A DNA stretch of 40,979 nt, from NCBI GenBank assembly GCA_051942245.1, contig JAVECL010000164.1:1-40979 (forward strand). Direction: 5' to 3'. The stretch's first letter is position 1. Every line of letters begins with the position of its first letter. Source of the DNA: Trypethelium eluteriae (Eukaryota). Below the pieces are notes generated by a model, which had not been told where the DNA came from, searched no databases, and worked only from the letters and a program-made list of their open reading frames with translations. Below, one piece after another: positions 32,144-40,979 of this stretch. The translations under genes and the position numbers were made by a program.

Positions 32144-32873
32144 ATGGAAAGCATGCCTGAATCAAACTCCGCTTGGGGCCAACCAGAATCTATCAAAAAC
32201 AAAGTCCTCGAGACTGGTGCTGGCCTGACTCAAGACTTTGGTCCAACAAAGCGCATTTGCGCTCATCTCAATGCCTTCCACGCGTACGCGTCGGAACCCA
32301 GTCGCTATGTCGAAGCAAACCACTACTGTGCCCACCTCAACGACGGTAAGAACTCAGTCGCATCAATTTCTTCCACACGAAACCCAGTCTTATACATTCT
32401 CTTCACTAGAGGTTCGCCAATGCATCCTCTACGACAGCGCCGGTCCCAACGCCCGCCTTATTGGCATCGAATACATGATCACCCCCCGCCTATTCGCCAC
32501 CCTCCCCGAATCTGAGCGCCGCCTCTGGCACTCGCACGTCTTCGAAGTTAAATCCGGGATGCTAATCATGCCACGCCCCACCGGCATCCCCGCCGCCGCC
32601 TGGGAAGTCGCCGAGAACAAAGAGATGGAGCAGGTGGTGCACTTGTACGGGAAGGTGTATCATCTGTGGCAAACGGACCGTGGGGACAAGCTGCCATTGG
32701 GGGAGCCGCAGCTCATGACGAGCTATACCGAGCAGGAGCAGCTGAATGACGCGGTAGTGAGAGAGAGAGATGAAAAATGGGGGGAGGACAGTGGGCATAA
32801 GAGGGAGGTGAGGGAGTATATTGAAGTGCCGGAGGTGCACCCAGATGCCGATGCAGCATGGAAGCGTGGATGA
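32144..32873 (+). CDS. DUF1264 / oil-body-associated-protein (OBAP)-like protein, about 221 aa, 2 exons
   Basis: Exons 32144-32345 and 32410-32873. ICAHLNAFH…[21 protein letters not shown]…RLIGIEYMI…[14 protein letters not shown]…[24 protein letters not shown]. Confidence 0.9.
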
Positions 32874-33535
32874 GGGATCAGGTATCTGGGAGATCTTGGG
32901 GAGGTGAACTGAGGTGAATGGAAAGAAATTTTATGAAAAATGGTATGTTTAATATAAACCAGTGAAGCAAAGTTTGGTGCTAATGAAAGGGCCAGATTAA
33001 AACAAGCAGCTATACTCCACTCACATAACTTAGAAGTCTCTACTCAATTCTCTGTTTTTTATTCCCATCTTGATTCGTCAGTATTCAGAAGAATGTCTCC
33101 CGAGCTCGACTCCAACGTCAACCAAGAATAAAGGTGTGAGACGGAGTCAAAGATCGGGACCCTTAGAGACTGTGCTCTTAGGAGATTTCTTTCATTCTTG
33201 CTTCCCTGTCCACACTCGCTCATCCTAGAATACGACGATGAGAAGCTCTAGCAAAGAAGAAGCTGATGATGGTAGGGCTGATTCGACGCCGACCCGGTGC
33301 AATCGACCATTTTCGAAAACAAGCCTGGTCAAGATCCCTTACTCATGTCCAGGTAGCCCAGCCCTCAAAGGGTCATCTCGCTGTAGTCGACAGTGAAATT
33401 TGTGAAAAATCTCCTATCAATAATGGTACGGAGGACGTCTATGGTGGAGCCGACTATAAGCGCCCAGATATGCCCCTAATTGTCACATTCGCTCGCGCTG
33501 TGTTCGTTAATTCATTGACCTCAATACCATAAAAT

Positions 33536-34424
33536 TCAACGCCGCAGACTATCGAGCCTTGCTTGTAGGTCTTCATCGCCAGCATCTCCCCCGCCTATTG
33601 CTTGTGCTACTTTCCCATCTGAGACTGCCGTTTTCTGTAGTCCCGAAGGAGTTTCGCCAAGCTGGTAGTGTAAAGATTAGCCGGTTTGGATTATCACGGA
33701 ATATGGGAAAACGCACCGCTTGGCCCAAGTCAACCCCGATTTCATCTAGCACCTGATTCACCACCTCCTCTCCTTCTTCCTCATCCTCTAGTCCCGTCAC
33801 ATCGTCTATAGCATCATCCATCATTTCTTGTCTTTGATCCATGATGTCATTCTCCTTCTCAAATTCCATGGCTATTCTTTGGAGTGCCGGGAGATTCATT
33901 TGTCGGTTCATGCTGCCGAGGAGGGATGTGGCCCCTTTCATTGATTGCATCATCTGCTCGTTACTCCGTACGGTCTACGCCAGGGTCAGCACTCAGTCTT
34001 CTTAGAACGAAATTGCAGTGCGCGCACCTGTATTCGTAGAGAAATGGCTTGTAATTGTGTTCTCATTGAATAGAACTTCTGGATATATCTTCATGATCTT
34101 AGCATATATTATACCCTTCACACCATAAGCTCAACAGGTACATACCGCCTTGTACGGACCAGGTCCTTTGCTTGTATCCTAAGTGGTCCCATTTGGCCAT
34201 TTTTGGCGCTCTTCTTGATGTCTTGTACTAATTTCTTCTCTTGATTTTCGAGCTTGACTCGTTCCCGATCCAGCTCCCTCTGAGTCTTTTCTAACGCTCT
34301 TTGGTGCTTTCGAAGTCGCTCCGCGGGCGTCATGCGTTTGCCGAATGCCCATTCTACAATCTAAGGTCCTGCGATTAGTTTTTCCCGGCCGGCTGAGGAT
34401 GCAATTGCTTTGGCTTACATTCAT
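33536..34424 (-). CDS. VPS2: ESCRT-III subunit Vps2/Did4 (CHMP2A), about 221 aa, 5 exons
   Basis: Exons 34424-34419, 34360-34146, 34088-34028, 33974-33717, 33661-33536. MNIVEWAFGKRMTPAERLRK…AKDLVRTRRYIQKF…QLQAISLRIQ…DEDLQARLDSLRR (MIM1 end). Confidence 0.97.
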
Positions 34425-34768
34425 ACTGGGCTGACAGGAGAGGTGCAGGTTTTGGACGATAGTTCAGAGAGAAGACAGCGTCGTTGAGAAGAGTTCGGAT
34501 GCTTGGCAGGGAATAGAGCTGCAGCCTGTTTGACAGATGAAGCGTGAACGCGTGCTTGTTCCGCAGTCTGGGGAATAAGGCATTTCCTTGTATGGTTTAG
34601 CCTCAGTGCGGCAACTTTCCTGCGAACCATCCGCGCATTCGCCCATTGTCAATTATTCACGCTCGCCACACCAATTCCTCCACCTAAAGCGACCAAAAGC
34701 CGACCTGGTGATCCTACGATGGCTTAACAGAAATATCGAAATATTCAGGACTGGTCATTGCCGCAGCT

Positions 34769-37597
34769 ATGAGTTCAAGTCAGCCCTCCGGTAGTGGGTA
34801 TTCCACTCCGGGAGGAAATTCATCCCGCCAACTTCCTGGACGACCTGGATACATGACTGTCGGATCTGGCTCAACATCTGAGAGTGCGGCGCGACTACAA
34901 GCAATGCTAGACGATGACTCTGGGTATGGCGGCAGTATGGCTGATGGCGATTTCGAAAGAGGCTGGCATCCTGGCTTGACTTCTGACAGTCCTATACCTA
35001 TGGATGTCTCTGGAGAAGGGTCAGAGAACGATCGACGCATCCTCGCTGCTCATATCCATCAACTCTATTACAATCAGAATAAAAACACATTGGGACGCGC
35101 AATCAACCGAACGGTCGAGACGCTCAAGAACCTGCAACAGATGAATTCCAAATGGCCTGCTCACTACCCTTCAGTCCAGAGACCCGAAAGCCCCACATCA
35201 TCCAGACAAGACCCACGACCACGAATGCCTCATACGCAGTCAGCGCTTGAAAGTCCTCAACAAGCCGAATTCACAAATCCGCGGCCACAGGCGCTGAAGC
35301 GTGCTGAGACATCTTTGGGCGATGATGGCTCAAGATCCGAATCCAGTGAGGCTGCAAGTCGAAGAGCAGCGCCAGAACCAAGATTGGTGACACCACAGTT
35401 GGCGCAGGACTTCTCAATATTAAAGATTGATCTCAAAATGGGCGGTTTGTCTCAGACGGAATTGGTGCATTCGCTAGAAAAGCAATCCATTGCATCTCTC
35501 CTTGACGGCCAGATCAGCAAGAGCATAAGACATCTCTTTTCACTACAAGAACGGATAGAGGATACCTCAAGTAAGGTCTTGATCACTGGTGACCTAAATG
35601 CTGGCAAATCAACCTTCTGCAACGCGCTTTTGAGGAAGAAAGTCCTCCCAGAGGATCAACAACCATGTACCAGTATCTTTTGCGAGGTCCTCGACGTGAG
35701 GGAGAATGGAGGTATTGAAGAAGTTCACGCTATTCCTGCCAAGCCTGCAGGTTTGATGTATAATCGGAATGACGAGAGCACTTACTCCGTCTTCTCGTTA
35801 AAAGAACTGGAAACAATTGTGACGGAAAATGAACGCTGGTCCCAATGCAAGATCTACGTTAAGGACATCAGAACCGTCGACGAATCATTGCTGAACAACG
35901 GCGTTGTTGACATTGCGCTTATTGACGCTCCGGGTCTCAACAATGACTCTTTGAAGACTACGGCCATTTTCGCACGACAGGAAGAAATCGATGTTGTAGT
36001 CTTCGTCGTTTCCGCCGCCAATCACTTCACACAGTCTGCCAAGGAATTTATTTTCAATGCCGCGCGAGAAAAGGCATACATCTTCATGGTCGTCAATGGC
36101 TTCGATAATATTCGCGACAAGAACCGGTGCAAGGAAATGATTCTCAAGCAGGTCGCCCATCTCAGTCCCGATACTTTCAAGGAATCTAAAGAGCTGGTTC
36201 ACTTCGTCTCAAGTAACGCAATCCCAGTCGCCGAACCAGAGCTCATCGGAGGAGGTGGAGGTGGCTCTGGGTCTTCTTCTGGAGGCCCTGGGGATGATCC
36301 AGACGGTGATGACGATGATGATGTGCCAGAGGGCAAGCATGGCGAACCTGGGTCCCCGCCAGACAAAGGAAAGGGGAAAGAGCGCGAGAAAATTAGAGAC
36401 TTTGGGGAGTTGGAGAGCTCGCTCCGAAAATTTGTTCTTGAAAAACGCGCACGATCGAAGCTGGCTCCTGCAAGGACCTATCTCATGAATGTTCTTGGCG
36501 ATCTTCAAAACCTGGCCTCTGTCAATCGCGACGTCGCCCAGTCTGAACTCGATCGAGTAGCAAAGGAACTCGAGAATGTCGAAAGTGCACTTCAAAAAGC
36601 AAGAGGGGCTCGATCGGAGGCCGGTGAGAATGTTGACCAGGCGATTGAGAAAACGGCGTCAGACGTGTATTCTCACACCAGGGAAAACATCAATTCGACG
36701 GTAAGCCAGGTCGGTGAACGAGATCTGGGCGTGCCATATCCAGGCGTATTGGGTGTCTACCAGTTTGCGGATGACATCAAAGATGCCATGCTATATCAAA
36801 TATCCGAGTCGGTCAGAACGAGTGAGGAATACGGAAGGCAAAGGACAGTACAGGGATACAGCGGAATTAAGAACTTGGGCTTGCTTCATGTGGGAAATGA
36901 TTATTCAAATCTTGTCTTCCACCCAGAGAAGATGTTCCAGAAGAAGCGTGATGCGCTTGCCCGTCAGGTTGACATCGATGTCGATATTTGGGATTTCTTC
37001 GATATCGGAAGTCTTTGGGAGCGTCAAGAGAAGGTTGCGGGTACGGGTATGGCTGTCACCGTAGCCGGTGTCCTTGGTGGACGTATGATTGGTGGTGTTG
37101 GCTGGGTTGACGGAGCGTTGGGTGCAGCTCGCGTTATGGGCTCAAACAACTTACGTCGACTTGTCATTCCAGGCCTCATCACTGCCAGTAAGTCAACTTG
37201 CATCTCACCTCTATTTCCTCGCTAACCGCAAGGAGTCATCATCGGCCTCTCCTACACACTTACGACCATTCCCCAGTCTCTTCCCAGACGTCTTAGCAAT
37301 AAGCTTTCTGCCCAGCTGGCGGCAATTGATTACACACACGCCAACGCTCTTAGGATCAGCGCTGAAGTTCGAAGAGCGCTGAAGTATCCCAGTGACAAAC
37401 TTCGAGTTGATCTGCAGCGCAATTTTGAAGAGCTACAGGGGAAACAACAGAAGACCAGGGGCACTCGAAAAGAGTCCGAGGATGCTAGGAAATACTTTGG
37501 CAATCTATTTCGAGACAGCAACGACATCAGGCATAATGTGGACAGAGTGAATCTAGAAGGGCCTGCTCCGGGTGTTGCTGCTGGTTATGACTTCTGA
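34769..37597 (+). CDS. FZO1: Mitofusin, mitochondrial outer-membrane fusion GTPase, about 926-927 aa, 2 exons
   Basis: Exon 34769-37187, intron GTAAGT…GCTAAC…AAG/GAG, exon 37233 (or 37236)-37597. KVLITGDLNAGKSTFCNALL, PEDQQPCT, IDAPGLN, FVLEKRARSKLAPA, hydrophobic hairpin and C-terminal heptad region. Confidence 0.96.
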
Positions 37598-38247
37598 GGT
37601 TACTTGGGCGAACTATTTGCTTTCCCACGGAGTTCGAGCAATGGGACGTTATGGCAAGAGCTAAAGAGGTTGCTACGATGGGTCAAGATGGTGTTTAGGG
37701 TCTCTTCTTGCACAATATTCCCCTCGGTCATAGTCTACTCCTAGATACCTCTTAGTCTTAGTTCCCGATGAATTTCTCTCCATTACTAGTACCTCCATCA
37801 TTCGAATTAATTTACAGTCTTGCCATGATTGTCCGAGTCGCCGTCGAGAGGCATCCAATGGCTAACGCAGAATATTGGGCTGGCGCCTCCAGGCGATTCC
37901 TACAAGAATCATAAAATTGGAGCCAACTGTTAGAGAGCTCCTGTAGAGTGGTGGATTGGCCCGTGGTGGTGTCTGGAGTGTAGTTCGGCCATGAAAGCTC
38001 TTCTCCCCTTGAAATCCCGATGCCGACGTCAATCATCAAGAAACGAATTCTTTGTCATTAGGGCGCCATCGCTTCTCTCTTGAATTTATTATCAAAAATC
38101 TGGTCACCTTTTCTGCGTGAGGCTCTTGGGCTGAAAGTAGTTTAGCACTTAAGCCACCCTCTGAAGCAGCGCAGTCGTCAGCGTTGACTACCTGCCTATT
38201 GTTATATCCGCTTTTGACCTTCGTTATGGCGATACGGCCTTTGATAC

Positions 38248-40704
38248 ATGGCTGAACCTCGTGCTTTTGTTCTTGTCTTATTATTGCTGTTCCTTTTACT
38301 TTCTCCAGAACCACAGCAAGGGCCTCTAGGCTACCGGCAATACGAGCTCAGCAGTGATATTGCACATCAGCAAGAGGCGCTGCACGTACTCAGCTCTTCT
38401 GAGTATGAAGATTTCGATCCTGTACAGGGAAGATGGCTCAACCTCACGGGCGTGAGAGAGCATGATGCTTTCGCATGGACCGAATTACCTTTAGTTCAGC
38501 AACGCAGCCAGGAACAGATTCAGCATGCGTTGGGCGAGAATAGCCTGGAGAAATTGACGAAACCTCCTGACGCTTCTATACCTTTGTTTCGTAATATAAC
38601 TGGTTATGTACGAGGTGACTGGGTACGATCGAAATTAGAAGAGGGTTTTGACAGGTCACCGGAAGAGAAGCTTGAAGAAGATCAAGCGCCATTGCCTGAG
38701 TTCAGTCGCAATGTTACAGGCTCGGAAGGGAAAGTTCGCTTTCGTTTCAAGGAGCAGTTCGATGACGGATCCGATCTGCAAAGAGGACAGACAATTCCCG
38801 TTACTGCCCATATGGCTATCCAAGACGACAATTCCTACGGTGATGGATGGGAGTTGACATTACATGGTGTCCATTTCGCCGATTTTGGCGGCGTTCTGTT
38901 GACGACCACCAGCGACAAATTCTCTGGTATATTCACACTGCCGCACTTTGCCTGGTCTGACTACACGTTTCAAAGAGCAAAGCAAATGCTGAACCAGACG
39001 TTACGCGATACCATCAGGGAAGAAAAGACTAAAGCAAATCCTTCATTAAATCCTTGGACTTCAAATCCAGATAGTGATGGAGATAACCCCTCGAAGACTC
39101 CAGACTGTGAATTTCTAGTCTATCTACAACAGTACCCTATTTCAACGGATGTCGGTCAGAATGGACTTGTGCTGCAAGATAGTGTCTTTCTTCAATCAAT
39201 CGAGACCGATCTTCGGTTTCCGCGTGGGATGCCAAAGCCTATCGTACCCAAAGTTCGCATGTCGATGCTTGCATTCTCGCCAGATTGCCGATTCGTGGTC
39301 GAATCAAAGGGACCTCCTGACTACGTTCCACAGGATGGGAATCATCTGGAAGGCTCCAAGATGGAAATTATCCTGAAACAAGCAAAGCAATATTCGCTTA
39401 TATTTGCCGTAGTGCTTGGCCTGCAATTGATCCTTTCTATGAGACAGATGAAAGATGCGTCAACGCCATCCACACGTAGTAGAATCAGCTTTTACACGAT
39501 TGCTTCTCTCGCGATGGGTGATGGGCTTGCCTGTCTGACATTCCTTACTCTTGCAGTCTTCTTGGATCCCATCTGGCTGGTTTCGATGGTGACTGCTTTT
39601 CTCGCATTCCTTTCAGTGAGCTTTTTTGGTATGAGGTTTCTCATGGACATTTGGTCGGTACAGGCTCCAGAGCGACGAAGGCAACAGGCTCAGGATGCCA
39701 GAAACACTGCAAATGCTCAGTCAACTGGTCAAAGTCAGTCGCAAGGCTCGAACGAGCCAGGTCAAAATGCACAGCCGGCGCCAGTCATAACCTCAGTAGG
39801 TGCCGACACCTTACCCTTACCTATTACGGCCCGTCAGGCTACAAATTTGGGTGCAACACCAATCATCTTACCACCTGATCAGGACGAAGCCCCAGGCCAG
39901 ATTGGTGAGGCTGGTGGCGCTACTACAGCTCGAACGCCTACCGCTCGCCAGGAATTCGGTGCACTGTATGTGCGTTTCTGCCTCCTACTCTTGTTCATCT
40001 CCTTTCTTTCCATCAATGCCACATCCTGGCCTACTACTCTCCGCTCGGCGTACTCCAACCTGCTTGCATTTGCCTACCTCTCCTTCTGGTGTCCGCAGAT
40101 CTATCGCAACATCTTACGCAACTGCCGCAAAGCGCTCAGGTGGGAATTCGTCATTGGCCAAAGCATCCTACGTCTGGCGCCGATCCTGTACTTTTATGCC
40201 GTTCCCGAAAATGTGCCTTTCGTTGAGAATGATATTCGAGCTGCTTCGATTCTTGTAGGTTGGATTTGGATCCAAATTGTCGTTTTGGCCTGCCAGGAGA
40301 TTGTCGGACCTCGATTTTTTGTCCGTGAAGGATGGGCGCCTCCGGCTTATGATTACCACCCGATCATTCGCGAGGATGAAGAGGGAGCCACAATGCCAAT
40401 TGGCTTTACACAAGCTACCGAGGGTCCAGATTCTCCAACTGCGAAGAGATCGGATGAGGCAGGAAGCAAAGGCAGATGCATCTTCGATTGCGCCATCTGC
40501 ATGCAGGATATAGAGGTCCCCATGGTGGCTGCTGATGGCAGTGCAATTGACACCGGCGCGATGAGTATAGGAAGTGGGCTATTGGCGAGGAGGGCGTACA
40601 TGATGACACCGTGCAGGCACATTTTCCATACGCCATGCCTAGAGGGTTGGATGAGATATCGATTACAGTGTCCGATATGTCGAGAAACACTACCGCCACT
40701 ATGA
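38248..40704 (+). CDS. TUL1: Golgi transmembrane RING E3 ubiquitin ligase Tul1/Dsc1, 818 aa
   Basis: Intronless ORF: signal/anchor, luminal domain (TTTSDKFSGIFTLPH), multiple TM helices (STPSTRSRISFYTI, SFWCPQIYRN), C-terminal RING-H2 CAICMQ…TPCRHIFHTPCLEGWMRYRLQCPICR…LPPL. Confidence 0.95.
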   Translation: MAEPRAFVLVLLLLFLLLSPEPQQGPLGYRQYELSSDIAHQQEALHVLSSSEYEDFDPVQGRWLNLTGVREHDAFAWTELPLVQQRSQEQIQHALGENSLEKLTKPPDASIPLFRNITGYVRGDWVRSKLEEGFDRSPEEKLEEDQAPLPEFSRNVTGSEGKVRFRFKEQFDDGSDLQRGQTIPVTAHMAIQDDNSYGDGWELTLHGVHFADFGGVLLTTTSDKFSGIFTLPHFAWSDYTFQRAKQMLNQTLRDTIREEKTKANPSLNPWTSNPDSDGDNPSKTPDCEFLVYLQQYPISTDVGQNGLVLQDSVFLQSIETDLRFPRGMPKPIVPKVRMSMLAFSPDCRFVVESKGPPDYVPQDGNHLEGSKMEIILKQAKQYSLIFAVVLGLQLILSMRQMKDASTPSTRSRISFYTIASLAMGDGLACLTFLTLAVFLDPIWLVSMVTAFLAFLSVSFFGMRFLMDIWSVQAPERRRQQAQDARNTANAQSTGQSQSQGSNEPGQNAQPAPVITSVGADTLPLPITARQATNLGATPIILPPDQDEAPGQIGEAGGATTARTPTARQEFGALYVRFCLLLLFISFLSINATSWPTTLRSAYSNLLAFAYLSFWCPQIYRNILRNCRKALRWEFVIGQSILRLAPILYFYAVPENVPFVENDIRAASILVGWIWIQIVVLACQEIVGPRFFVREGWAPPAYDYHPIIREDEEGATMPIGFTQATEGPDSPTAKRSDEAGSKGRCIFDCAICMQDIEVPMVAADGSAIDTGAMSIGSGLLARRAYMMTPCRHIFHTPCLEGWMRYRLQCPICRETLPPL

Positions 40705-40852
40705 GCGCGGCCTTGTATAGTACACATGACCCTAGAAAAAACAATGCTACGAATTTTGATGAATTCTCATAACGCCTCGCTCAATGAGGGGAATGGTTCA
40801 GTCCGCCCAAATGCCATCATCTTTCAATTGTCCAACCCGATCCCGTGTAACG

Positions 40853-40978
40853 CTACGCCTCCTTCTCGCCACCACCCTTTACCTCCTCTTCCACCTGCTG
40901 CGCTTCCCCCTTCCACACCTCCCGAATCTGATCCATAATCACATCCGAATAGCCCTTCCCCTCCTCCAGCGCCTTCCT
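40853..40978 (-). CDS. 3' end of a conserved fungal hypothetical protein (runs off the window end)
   Basis: Minus-strand frame RKALEEGKGYSDVIMDQIREVWKGEAQQVEEEVKGGGEKEA-stop (TAG at 40855-40853). The ALEEGKGY..IMDQI.EVW block resembles a motif I recall from conserved Pezizomycotina hypothetical proteins. Confidence 0.65.
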   Translation of the reverse strand, partial: RKALEEGKGYSDVIMDQIREVWKGEAQQVEEEVKGGGEKEA

Positions 40979-40979
40979 C

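Noticed and set aside
1..40979. tRNA/rRNA genes, transposase or reverse-transcriptase ORFs, secondary-metabolite cluster
   Set aside because: No cloverleaf or rRNA-like sequence noticed by eye and no such protein motifs in the ORFs; tRNAscan-SE and Infernal would be needed to exclude small RNAs.

Overview
Gene-dense, intron-containing genomic DNA from a filamentous ascomycete (Pezizomycotina-type genes, short GT-AG introns with CTRAC branch sites). I could build gene models by hand for 22 protein-coding genes, two of them cut by the window edges. Most are housekeeping genes: a SIM-rich STUbL-like protein (partial), PRP19, an SMP-30/gluconolactonase, MHR1/mL67, VPS38/UVRAG, PHS1, TAF14, YRB1, a 907-aa single-pass membrane protein of unknown function, a GT15 (KTR) mannosyltransferase, a DUF4604-like protein, a PPPDE-thioredoxin-PUL protein, GDA1, a DUF4598/NOPCHAP1-like protein, a class III-like eIF4E, a divergent centrin-like protein, an NTF2-like protein, a DUF1264/OBAP-like protein, VPS2, FZO1, TUL1 and the 3' end of a conserved hypothetical gene. 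I saw no tRNA, rRNA, CRISPR array, transposase or secondary-metabolite backbone gene, and I cannot claim a clearly new multi-gene system. The best leads are: (1) an eIF4E3-like cap-binding protein behind a long leader with a strong-context uORF and a triple ATTGTC motif; (2) recurrent C-rich-then-G-rich skew islands that cross exons, introns and UTRs; (3) the 907-aa protein with an autophagy-receptor-like layout; (4) a short tandem duplication with RIP/methylation-type transitions next to the centrin-like start codon; (5) an obligatory AAG/GAG tandem acceptor in the FZO1 membrane segment. All family calls come from motif recognition, not database searches.
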